Below the pieces are notes generated by a model that made no database searches, was not told where the DNA came from, and saw nothing but the letters and a program-made list of their open reading frames with translations. The translations under genes were made by a program, and so were the position numbers. A DNA stretch of 64,000 nt from a virus, in the IMG/VR virus record IMGVR_UViG_3300032238_000336, positions 9,400 to 73,399 of that record; one strand, written 5' to 3'. Shown here one piece after another: positions 20,146 through 29,141 of the stretch; the first letter of the stretch is position 1, and every line of letters starts with the position of its first letter.

Positions 20146-20176
20146 TAGTTATAATAAAATTCAAATATAATATTAT

Positions 20177-20815
20177 TTATGCAGTCTCGCCAGTACCAAG
20201 CATACTTGCATCAGAGTTTGCTTCATAAGTATCCCACCATTGATATTCAAATGTCACTGAAAACTCTTCAATTGCATCTGTAGTATCATAAGATAATCCA
20301 ATAGCACTAATATCTGTAGGAAATGCTCCATAAAATTTATAACTCTTATGGATAGGAATTTCATCTCCAGTTCCAGGAAGAGTACTGGAATATTCAAGCC
20401 CTCTACCTAACTGATGAACTAACATATTTGTTTGATATTCACTAGGAGTAATAACACCTGCATTATCATCATTACGGTTCATAAAATTCATCCACTTTTC
20501 AAATGAATTTCTTAATATAAAATTAGTATCGTTGATAACCGTAATAGTCCAGGGAGCAAAAGTTCTATCTCCAGAAACTTTCAACTGCCTTCCTCTAAAT
20601 GGAACGCTAATAGCACTTACGGTTGATCCTGGAAGTTCTGCGCCTTTAACCATAAATCTATATAAGTCACCATTAGGTCCCGTTGAATTGACATCAGTTA
20701 ATCCAGTAGGAAAGTTTAAAACTACTTCAAAAAGGTTAGGTCTTGCGCCTCCTCCGACTAATCTAGATTTGAAATCAGTAATAGTTCTTGTATTGTATCC
20801 ACCTATTGAAGCCAT
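20177..20815 (-). CDS. gp19: Tail tube protein
   Basis: ARPNLFEV, PFRGR.LKVSGDRTF..W and IEEFSVTF motifs. Confidence 0.95.
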   Translation of the reverse strand: MASIGGYNTRTITDFKSRLVGGGARPNLFEVVLNFPTGLTDVNSTGPNGDLYRFMVKGAELPGSTVSAISVPFRGRQLKVSGDRTFAPWTITVINDTNFILRNSFEKWMNFMNRNDDNAGVITPSEYQTNMLVHQLGRGLEYSSTLPGTGDEIPIHKSYKFYGAFPTDISAIGLSYDTTDAIEEFSVTFEYQWWDTYEANSDASMLGTGETA

Positions 20816-20854
20816 TTTGAATCCTCCTTTTAAATTAGATTAGATTAGATTAGA

Positions 20855-22978
20855 TTAAACCGTACCTACAATCTCAGAGAATGATACTCCGGTTCTTGTA
20901 GCAACAAATGTAAGATTGACAAAGTTAATAGACCTAGCAGGTTTAATATAAATATCTGCTTTAAATTGATTTGAATCAATAACATCTGGAGTATTATTAC
21001 TTTCATCACAAACGATTTGGAAATCAGTAATACCTCTTTTTGCTTTAATATCACGGAGATATGGCTCAACGATATTTACAAAATTATTTCTTGTAATTGT
21101 ATCGTTGAATTCAAATAACTGACTTCTTGCTACTCTTCCAATTTGATTTTCAATAGTAAGGAATAGTCTACGAACGTTAATTCTATCAAATGCAGATACA
21201 ACATTAGAAGCTGTTTTATCCCCAAATAAAATAATTCCTTGACCTGGAGAAGCAATAACTGGATTTATTGCATTAGAGTAAAGCAAATCTCTTTGACTTT
21301 GAGATGGGTTATATGCAAGTTTAATTGCATTATTAATTACACCTCTGTTTGCTCCTGCGGGAGAATACCAAGGATACTGGACAATCGAAGTTCTAGCCAT
21401 TAATCCTGCAACATCAGAATTGCAAGGAAGGTATAAAAATTGACTATTAAATCTATCGTAAGTATACTTGTGTCCACTATCAAATACAGCATAATTACTT
21501 GGAGTAATACCGGAAAAGAAATTTATAATATTTGCCGTTTGTACATTACTATCTGCAGTATTCAATACAGCTTCTTTTGGTGCAGATATAACTGCAATAC
21601 AATCTTTTCTAGTAGTTGCTATGTTGATTAATTCATTTGCCTTAGATTGACACTCTACTGAAGTAATTCCACCAGAAGGACCTGCAAGTAAGAAATCAAT
21701 TTTATATTCTGCAGGATTTGAAAATACTCTATATCCAGTAACAATATCATTTAAAGTTACTCCATAGTTTCCTATTCCATTTGTATAATCAGTTCCACCT
21801 GTTAGAGAATATGATTTATTTCCAACACCAGAGAATGTAGTTCCTTGAGTTAAAGTTCCCCAATTTCCAGTATTTCCTGCCACATTAGAATATAATGTAT
21901 CAAATCCAGTAGCAACTCCGTCTTCATTCTCTCCTACAAAAAGATAAGCAGAGTTTTCTGCAATATAGTTTTTATAGTAGATTTGTTGAGCAGGAGATAA
22001 CTTACCATCAATTGCTTTAGATAAATTTGGAAACTTTTCTACAATATTTCCAGCGGTTCCAGTAATTGCCCCATCATCATCAACTACTACGATATGAATT
22101 TCATCATTAGTAGAACTTCTTGCACGACCATATTCTGAAGTTCTTGGTTTTTGTGCAATAGATTTCCAATAAATTTTAGAGTTAGATAATCCTAAAGTTT
22201 GATTATTATACCAATCAGAAGTGGTATATGAAGAAGTAGTTAATACTCCGACTCCGGAGTCATTGTTAATAGTTATACTACCGGAGTTTATAGATGTGAT
22301 AGTATTTTCAGAATAATCAACAGTAACATACTCACCAGTAGAATTGCTATATTTTGAAACTATTTTTACATCAATAGAAGAAGTGCCAACTCCGGTAACG
22401 ATACCTTTCAAGAACCCGGTGTCAGTAACAACAGTTCCAACTCCAGCATATGTTGTATTAATTCCTACAGTAACTCCATACCCAACAACTATTGAACTGG
22501 TATCAATACCACTTACAATTTGGTCTGCATATGCGTCAATAGTGCAAACTTTAAGTCCATTTGCCCAAGAACCTGGATTTCTTGAAGCATAATACCAACC
22601 AGAATAACCATCTGAATGTAAGTTATAATCAACTGCAGAGTTAATTTGTATATCAGTAGACCCACCGCCCACTGCGACATTAGAGTTAGTCAATGCTCCA
22701 GTAGAAGAACTATCGCATCTTACAACTACTAACTCCCCACCATAGCTAAGATAATTAATAGCAGATAGCCAATATTCATTTTGATTATTAGTCAAAATAG
22801 GCTTTCCAAAAATATTCAATAACTCTTGTTCAGTTCTAATACTAACAGGAGTATTTACTGGACCTTTTTGGAATGGACCACAAAGTGCCGCAACCTGAGT
22901 ATTGCCTACTGTTGTTCCCCCTACAGTTAAGTCAACTTCTCTTATATTAACTCCAGGGGACACTAAATTTACTGCCAT
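20855..22978 (-). CDS. gp18: Tail sheath protein
   Basis: SPGV..REVD, PWYSPAG, FDRINVRRLF and IKPARSINFV motifs. Confidence 0.97.
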   Translation of the reverse strand: MAVNLVSPGVNIREVDLTVGGTTVGNTQVAALCGPFQKGPVNTPVSIRTEQELLNIFGKPILTNNQNEYWLSAINYLSYGGELVVVRCDSSSTGALTNSNVAVGGGSTDIQINSAVDYNLHSDGYSGWYYASRNPGSWANGLKVCTIDAYADQIVSGIDTSSIVVGYGVTVGINTTYAGVGTVVTDTGFLKGIVTGVGTSSIDVKIVSKYSNSTGEYVTVDYSENTITSINSGSITINNDSGVGVLTTSSYTTSDWYNNQTLGLSNSKIYWKSIAQKPRTSEYGRARSSTNDEIHIVVVDDDGAITGTAGNIVEKFPNLSKAIDGKLSPAQQIYYKNYIAENSAYLFVGENEDGVATGFDTLYSNVAGNTGNWGTLTQGTTFSGVGNKSYSLTGGTDYTNGIGNYGVTLNDIVTGYRVFSNPAEYKIDFLLAGPSGGITSVECQSKANELINIATTRKDCIAVISAPKEAVLNTADSNVQTANIINFFSGITPSNYAVFDSGHKYTYDRFNSQFLYLPCNSDVAGLMARTSIVQYPWYSPAGANRGVINNAIKLAYNPSQSQRDLLYSNAINPVIASPGQGIILFGDKTASNVVSAFDRINVRRLFLTIENQIGRVARSQLFEFNDTITRNNFVNIVEPYLRDIKAKRGITDFQIVCDESNNTPDVIDSNQFKADIYIKPARSINFVNLTFVATRTGVSFSEIVGTV

Positions 22979-23014
22979 TTGATTACCTCTTGAAGAAGTC
23001 TATTTATCTATTGG

Positions 23015-23022
23015 TATTTATA
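23015..23022 (-). promoter_or_regulatory. T4-type late promoter upstream of gp18
   Basis: Exact TATAAATA. Confidence 0.75.
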
Positions 23023-23039
23023 AAAAAATAAACTTTCCT

Positions 23040-24212
23040 TTACATATAGTTCCACATATAAGAAGTGTCTTCCTTGCTATCAGCAGTAATCCAAGTATCT
23101 CCATCAGTATCGACAAAAATTTTTTCTTCTTCATTTAGTCCGTCTATTATAAAACCAAACGGTGTCATATCTTGTTCAATTTGGTCTTTCTGTTCTTCAT
23201 ATATTCTTTTACGAACATCATTGTTCGTCATTTCTTTAAAATATTCTTGAACTATTAACCAAGAAAAAATTACCAAACACATTGCAAGGTCATCATTATA
23301 TCCATCATCTGCTTCAAAAGAATTATTTTTGCTGATAAATGTGGTAAGTTCACTTATAATATCATAATCTCGTATTAAGAGTTTGTCATCTTCTATAATA
23401 GTTTTAAGATTAGAACAACCTACCCGTTTTACTTGTTTAGACATTTTTATACCAAATTGTGATTTTCTTCCAGAAAACCCTTGACCCACTACTTGGCCTG
23501 CACGACCTCTCATAGAGCACATCAGAACATTATCATACTCTAAATCCATATGAAGTTCTTTTGCTACTTGCTCTCCAATATCATTTACCTCAATTAAACA
23601 ATATGCGTTGTTATATGACTTTGCAACTTTTTCAATAACTGTTGAATATACAAACGGTTTAATTTCATTATTTCTATATTTTCCCACTACTTTATACGGA
23701 ATATTAGTTATATCAAATATTATAAATGCGTGATAATCATTTTCAGTTCCTCTAGATACATCAACAGTCATTAAATAGTTATGGTCTTCTTTAGGAGTTT
23801 CGTATACATCTAATCCTGCATTTTTAGTAATAGGTTCATCGAATATTAAAGTTTTAAGTTTTGCTGCAGTAACTAAAGTATCAATAGAACCTAAAAAGTT
23901 ACAGTTATGTGATACAATACTATTAGCATAATAGAGATTATTATTCCCTACATCTATGGGGTCATAAAGCCATATACCTTCCTCTACTATTTCATTATAC
24001 ACAATTTCTTTACCATCTAATATATCACCAATTTGTAATTGTTCAGCTGTGACTTTAGATTTCCCGAAGGGGTGAGTATTTGAACACTTTATTTCTGTAT
24101 TGTCATTAAATATTATCTGATGATAAAAAGGTTTATATACTTTCTGAATTCCTTTAAAATCTACAAACCCAGTTGGAGATAATATTTTATATCCAGAATT
24201 TGATTTAAACAT
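23040..24212 (-). CDS. gp17: Terminase large subunit, C-terminal half (nuclease domain) with N-terminal split-intein C fragment
   Basis: 103-aa IntC ending SHN, then CNFLGS, TVDVSRG, IEVND and DDLAM nuclease motifs. Confidence 0.93.
   Translation of the reverse strand: MFKSNSGYKILSPTGFVDFKGIQKVYKPFYHQIIFNDNTEIKCSNTHPFGKSKVTAEQLQIGDILDGKEIVYNEIVEEGIWLYDPIDVGNNNLYYANSIVSHNCNFLGSIDTLVTAAKLKTLIFDEPITKNAGLDVYETPKEDHNYLMTVDVSRGTENDYHAFIIFDITNIPYKVVGKYRNNEIKPFVYSTVIEKVAKSYNNAYCLIEVNDIGEQVAKELHMDLEYDNVLMCSMRGRAGQVVGQGFSGRKSQFGIKMSKQVKRVGCSNLKTIIEDDKLLIRDYDIISELTTFISKNNSFEADDGYNDDLAMCLVIFSWLIVQEYFKEMTNNDVRKRIYEEQKDQIEQDMTPFGFIIDGLNEEEKIFVDTDGDTWITADSKEDTSYMWNYM
23904..24212 (-). mobile_element. Split intein C fragment (103 aa)
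   Basis: Block B-like CSNTH; block F/G LYDPIDV...YYANSIVSHN followed by Cys+1. Confidence 0.9.
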
Positions 24213-24774
24213 GGTTCCAAGTCTTCCTCTCTATAACTTGTCTGATATTTTGAGGTGTTACTCCATATACTTCAGAATATTTAATAGAAAATAATTGTTC
24301 GTATGACATAATTTTTCCATTTTTCATCTTTTTTCCTACCCCATTTATTTTAATTTTCTGGTCATATAACTGCCTAAGACATATTACGATGGAAGCATCT
24401 AATTTGGTCGGTCTCCAAACTTTACCTTTCCTAATATTACTAAAATGAGTAATAGTCTCTTCATTAAAGCACCCAGATTTATCTTTATTCCATGGAGTAT
24501 ATCCTTTTTTTACTCCACCAATACCCTTCCTACTATATGATTCAAATCCCTCTCCACCTGGAGACCTATTCCATCCATCAGAATATGTATTATATTCTGA
24601 AATAAATTCTATTTCTTTTAATTTAGCAATATTTTTATCTTCTGTTGAAAATATAATTTTAAATTCATGTAAATCTTTAGTATTTTTATGAGCACATCTT
24701 CTCTTATTTGGATTAATTGTTTGTCCAATATATTTAATTATATTATCTTGTTTCAAAGCGTAAATATAGTACAT
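24205..24774 (-). CDS. Free-standing GIY-YIG homing endonuclease
   Basis: YIY...YIGQT..R...H...E..FI..YNT...GWN...GG; PWNK motif; lies between the two terminase halves. Confidence 0.85.
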   Translation of the reverse strand: MYYIYALKQDNIIKYIGQTINPNKRRCAHKNTKDLHEFKIIFSTEDKNIAKLKEIEFISEYNTYSDGWNRSPGGEGFESYSRKGIGGVKKGYTPWNKDKSGCFNEETITHFSNIRKGKVWRPTKLDASIVICLRQLYDQKIKINGVGKKMKNGKIMSYEQLFSIKYSEVYGVTPQNIRQVIERKTWNHV

Positions 24775-24783
24775 AGTTTTATT

Positions 24784-26655
24784 TTATATAGAACTGTATA
24801 GTTCTTCAAGTGTAATATTTTTTTCAATTCCATCCTTTAATATAGTAACCAAAGTATCTCCACCCAAACATTCAAATTCCTGTTCAAACTGTTCTTTTGA
24901 TGTGTTTGCAATCGTCTGTTCTTTCCACTTTGCATCCCTTCCTGGAACTTCAGACCAATGCACCTCAGTGGGAACGTATTCATTTTTACCTCGTTCTGCA
25001 TTTACCCACATCTTATAAAACATATTCATACCCTTGGGGGTAGAAATGATTATAACTTTTGTATTCTTACCTGAAGTAATTGTAGGATATACAGAACTAA
25101 AGAAGTCCTCTGCAATATTATTTTGAATGAACGCAAATTCGTCCAATACTAGAATATTGTATGCACCACCACGAACAGCAGAAGCAGATGTAGATGCCGC
25201 AATTATCTTTGAACCATTATCTAGTTCTAATGATGCTTTGTTCCATATTTTAACCCCGTGCTGCATCCATTTAGGAAGGTTTTCATAAGCAAGTTGAAGC
25301 TTACCTAAAATTTCTTTAGCAGTTTGAGCTTTGTTTGCAAGAATAGCAATATTTACGTTATCGTTGAATAGAATATAATGTAAAATATATGAAGTAACAG
25401 TTGTAGTATTATGAGTAGGTATAAAAGTATTTCCACACAAGAATAAATGGTCTTCTGAATCTACTTTAATACAAGCAACAGGAACACTTTCTACTTTTTC
25501 TATTTTTTGTATGTAATGCCGTTGTTCTTGTGGTCTGGTAGATTTAGTATTATTAATAGCATTTATTTTTCGGGGCAGATTAAATACACATTTTTCAGTA
25601 GTAAAAGATACCGTATGGTAATAACACTCTTTTATTTTTTTGCATCTTACTTTAGATTTTATTCCTAACGAAGATAGTAACTCAACAAATTGTAAAATAA
25701 ACTCATAATTTTTTTGATAGAACTCAAAGGACTTTGTATGGAGTTTTACTGAACCATCAGTATCCATCAATCCACGAAGAAGTTCTAGTCTATCTTCATA
25801 GGAAGACCTTAAATAATCTAATGGTATGTGTTTATTTTGCAATAAATTATAAGATTTTAATTTTGATTGCAATTCTTTTATTTTAAACCGAATACAATTA
25901 TTATCTTTTCTCTCATACTCCACATTCATTTTAGTTTTATAATACTCATAATCTTCTTTATGAGATATAATTCTCCCATCACGAGAGTATCCATCCCCTA
26001 ACCAAACACCTAGAAGATATGGGTCAATATTTAAATTCTTTTTAGTAAAATTGCAAGGATTTGATTTATTGATATATAATGTTCCTTGAACTCCTTTACC
26101 CCTAATATTGTTGGTTTTATTTTGATATCTATCAAAAATTTCACCTGAAGTTATTACTTTTTTACCAGTTCTCCAATATGAACTATTCACTTCCCATAAA
26201 TGGTCAGAATCTGCAATAATTTCTTCTCCATTATCAAAATATAATTTATAACAATCGTGGTTATACATAGTTTCAGTTTTCAGAATTACTGAAACTGGAT
26301 TTCCAGAAGGAGACATAATTTTATCCCCTTCCTTAAGGTCTCCCATAGTAGTCCACCCATCAGGAGTAGGTATCGGAGTATCTAATGCTAATGCTTTCCC
26401 ACACTGCCTAGGCATTTTACAGATATTAAATCTGTTCTTATGAAATCTTTGAACTAGTTTCTCTTGAAACTTCCTCATTTTAAAAGGAACTACACCTTCG
26501 TCAACACTTACAATCTTTACATAATTTTTACAAAAATATAAAGGGTCTTTATTGCACTTTATATACTCAGCAATTTGTTCTTTAGTAAACTCCTGCTTTG
26601 TATTTGCTTTTTTTAGATGAGGATTACCAAGATACTGTTCAGAAGGAGGGCTCAT
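24784..26655 (-). CDS. gp17: Terminase large subunit, N-terminal half (ATPase) with a cis-intein and C-terminal split-intein N fragment
   Basis: YLGNP, PRQCGK|TT Walker A interrupted by an intein, LDEFAF Walker B, STPKG, ends EQEFE-CLGGDT... Confidence 0.95.
   Translation of the reverse strand: MSPPSEQYLGNPHLKKANTKQEFTKEQIAEYIKCNKDPLYFCKNYVKIVSVDEGVVPFKMRKFQEKLVQRFHKNRFNICKMPRQCGKALALDTPIPTPDGWTTMGDLKEGDKIMSPSGNPVSVILKTETMYNHDCYKLYFDNGEEIIADSDHLWEVNSSYWRTGKKVITSGEIFDRYQNKTNNIRGKGVQGTLYINKSNPCNFTKKNLNIDPYLLGVWLGDGYSRDGRIISHKEDYEYYKTKMNVEYERKDNNCIRFKIKELQSKLKSYNLLQNKHIPLDYLRSSYEDRLELLRGLMDTDGSVKLHTKSFEFYQKNYEFILQFVELLSSLGIKSKVRCKKIKECYYHTVSFTTEKCVFNLPRKINAINNTKSTRPQEQRHYIQKIEKVESVPVACIKVDSEDHLFLCGNTFIPTHNTTTVTSYILHYILFNDNVNIAILANKAQTAKEILGKLQLAYENLPKWMQHGVKIWNKASLELDNGSKIIAASTSASAVRGGAYNILVLDEFAFIQNNIAEDFFSSVYPTITSGKNTKVIIISTPKGMNMFYKMWVNAERGKNEYVPTEVHWSEVPGRDAKWKEQTIANTSKEQFEQEFECLGGDTLVTILKDGIEKNITLEELYSSI
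24787..24870 (-). mobile_element. Split intein N fragment (28 aa)
   Basis: CLGGDTLVTILKDGIEKNITLEELYSSI-stop, a block A pattern directly after EQEFE. Confidence 0.88.
25408..26394 (-). mobile_element. Cis-intein (329 aa, Ala1, class 3 signature) with LAGLIDADG endonuclease domain
   Basis: Starts ALALDTPIPTPDGW; DHLW, VACIKV and PTHN/T; LAGLIDADG-like LLGVWLGDG and LLRGLMDTDG. Confidence 0.92.
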
Positions 26656-27629
26656 ATACCTGTAAATAATAATGGTTTAGTTGGGTCTTTAATTGATGGT
26701 GCATAAGAAAAGACCGTTGCATTTGGATATATTTTTCTTATCTCAAATACAACTTCATCTTTGGTAGGTCTCGATGATTTAGGGAAAAATATTTGAACTG
26801 AAAGATGTTGACCTTTCCAACTCAATAAAACAGTATAAGTTAAACCACGAGATTGTATTCTTGTATATTCTTCATCTACGTTAGTTTTTTCTGTTTTATT
26901 TCCCCAGTTTGATGCACCAACTTTACGGCATTTGACAAGTGCTCCAGATGCATATGCAGAAGGCCAAATTTTATATCTACTTTTTACTTTATGGTAACAG
27001 GCATCCTTTTCACCTTTTTTTTCTTGAATGCATTCTTCTTGTGTCACAATCTTTGCATCTCCTGACCTATTTGGATTCGGGTCTTCTCTACGTTTTTTAG
27101 CAGCTCTCTCATCTCTTTCTTCTTTACTCATAGAGGCTCGAACATCAGCATCTCTGCAATATGGTTTAGTTGTTTGTCCAGGTTGACGGGCACAAGGTTT
27201 ACCATCATATTTTCCTCCAGTTTGAACCCATCCCTTAAACCAATCTCTCAAAGAATAATCAAGATCTCTCGGAGTTTTTCCATCCAATTCTTCCTTTACA
27301 TCTTTAAACTTTTTATGTTCTTTTTTGGCAGATGCTTCCATTTTTTTCAAACGAGTATAATAATCTGGAATTTCATCAAGATGCTGTAAAGCAATATCTG
27401 TTGCTAAAACTTTATCTTTGGTATGTTCGTGCTCAATGGGAATTCCCATTTCAAGTTGATGCTTTATAAAAGAAACATCAAGACGATGTTTTTTTGCAAT
27501 TTCATTAACTGTTTTATATGATTTTAATTTTGAACAATTTTTAGTTCCGTGTGATGGGCAATATTTTCCCTCACCCGATTGATTACATATTGAAGTAGCT
27601 TCCAAAATAAACGCAGTAAAACTTTTCAT
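26652..27629 (-). CDS. Mosaic hypothetical protein between gp16 and gp17, possible internal head protein
   Basis: 325-aa ORF; N-terminal MKSFTAFILE; modules EHEHT...HLDEIPDYY and PSAYASGALVKCRK. Confidence 0.7.
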   Translation of the reverse strand: MKSFTAFILEATSICNQSGEGKYCPSHGTKNCSKLKSYKTVNEIAKKHRLDVSFIKHQLEMGIPIEHEHTKDKVLATDIALQHLDEIPDYYTRLKKMEASAKKEHKKFKDVKEELDGKTPRDLDYSLRDWFKGWVQTGGKYDGKPCARQPGQTTKPYCRDADVRASMSKEERDERAAKKRREDPNPNRSGDAKIVTQEECIQEKKGEKDACYHKVKSRYKIWPSAYASGALVKCRKVGASNWGNKTEKTNVDEEYTRIQSRGLTYTVLLSWKGQHLSVQIFFPKSSRPTKDEVVFEIRKIYPNATVFSYAPSIKDPTKPLLFTGI

Positions 27630-27640
27630 TGCATTTTTGA

Positions 27641-28063
27641 CTATTTATCTTTCATACTATTTTTTAAAAATTTTTGAAGGTCAGCAGTGGAACCAACAAA
27701 TAGTGCATTTGTAGTATTATTGGTAATATTTGTTTTATTCTCCTCTTCTTTCAACTTTTTCATTTTTTGTTGATTATCTAATAATTTATCGGAAATATCT
27801 CCAACTGTCTTTAATAGTTGACCAACAACTTCAAAATCTCTTGCTTTTTGAGTTTCTTTTGCTATTTCAAACATTTCATATGCAGCGTGCTGTCCCATCT
27901 CCATCAACTCATATAAATTATCACGAGTATACTTTTCATCATCATCAATAGTTCCTTCTATTGGTTTTGCTAATTCTACTTTTGCTTTTTTAACTATTTT
28001 TTTAGACATTTCTTTTACATCAATATCTAAAACTTCATCTATTTTATCGAAATTGTTATTCAT
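27641..28063 (-). CDS. gp16: Terminase small subunit
   Basis: R.FEV.GQL and NNTTNALFVGSTADLQK motifs. Confidence 0.92.
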   Translation of the reverse strand: MNNNFDKIDEVLDIDVKEMSKKIVKKAKVELAKPIEGTIDDDEKYTRDNLYELMEMGQHAAYEMFEIAKETQKARDFEVVGQLLKTVGDISDKLLDNQQKMKKLKEEENKTNITNNTTNALFVGSTADLQKFLKNSMKDK

Positions 28064-29112
28064 ACGTCTATACCTTTTCTAGGACTATAGATTTTTCCAT
28101 CTCCAAAATCAAAAGTTTCTTCATTAAATTCATAATCATCTGTAAGTGGGATTAAATCATCATCTGCTGTAGTTATAGCATTAACTGCAGTACCTTCTTC
28201 GTGAGTGCTGCGAGGAGTGCCATCTGCTCCTCTGACCACTACAAGAGTATTACCTGAGATGGACTTAATCAACATTTCCTCATTGCCTATTGAAATATAA
28301 GTATCAGGAACTAATGAAGTAGCATCCGAAACATTAAATGTTATTTTACTTTCATCTATATCTTGTGCTAATGTTGTAGTTTGGTCATTATTATAATCTT
28401 TGATTGCTCTAGGAGTAGCAACATATCTCAACTGTCTGGATGAATTTTTAACATTTGTTCCAGTATGATAATCTACCTGAACTTTTTTGATTATATTTCC
28501 ATTATTATCGGATGGAATAGGTCCAAATAGATATATTTTAGCAGTAAAACTTAGTGTGCATATTAAATTCCTACGAGTTTGATAATTTCCTTCATAATCA
28601 TCTTTAAGTGCAGAGACATCATTTAATACAATCGGAATATCTCTTTTTTCTCCAATTTCTTTAATTAAATCTATAGTAACATTTAGTTCTGGAGTAAAAT
28701 AAGGTAATATTTGTTCTATAATTTCAAACATATCATCATTGAACTTTGTAATGATAGATAGTTCAATTGGTAAATTATATGGAACAGGCATATACAGCTT
28801 AGCTGGAGTTCCTCCAGTGGTAACTGCATTAAATGTTTGCATTTTTGAAGTTTTACGAGAACTATCATAAGATAATTTTCCAACTTCATAAGACATTCTA
28901 GGCAAGGTTATTGACTGCCTTTTTCTTAAATCTGGTTTTTCTTCTAATCTTGCCAGAAATTTTTGAATTGGGCCATATCTAATAGGAACTTTAATTACAC
29001 TAACATCTTGAGTATTATCATCCCTATGGTGAATATAAATGTTATTAAAAAGTGTTCCGAAAGAAATTATCGTCTTTCGGATAATTTGATGATATGGGGA
29101 GTTTTCAAACAT
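28060..29112 (-). CDS. gp15: Tail sheath stabiliser / completion protein
   Basis: FGTLFNNI, VPIRYGP, LPRMSYE and IEQILPYF.P motifs. Confidence 0.93.
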   Translation of the reverse strand: MFENSPYHQIIRKTIISFGTLFNNIYIHHRDDNTQDVSVIKVPIRYGPIQKFLARLEEKPDLRKRQSITLPRMSYEVGKLSYDSSRKTSKMQTFNAVTTGGTPAKLYMPVPYNLPIELSIITKFNDDMFEIIEQILPYFTPELNVTIDLIKEIGEKRDIPIVLNDVSALKDDYEGNYQTRRNLICTLSFTAKIYLFGPIPSDNNGNIIKKVQVDYHTGTNVKNSSRQLRYVATPRAIKDYNNDQTTTLAQDIDESKITFNVSDATSLVPDTYISIGNEEMLIKSISGNTLVVVRGADGTPRSTHEEGTAVNAITTADDDLIPLTDDYEFNEETFDFGDGKIYSPRKGIDV

Positions 29113-29141
29113 TTTTAGTTACAGTTCTATATTTATTTAGA

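Noticed and set aside
20834-20857. (ATTAG)4 microsatellite between gp18 and gp19
   Set aside because: Short intergenic slippage repeat with no evidence of function
24205-24784. Group I intron or sequencing error as the cause of the terminase break
   Set aside because: There is no non-coding room for a ribozyme core (10-nt gap and 8-nt overlap), and both flanks carry complementary intein fragments
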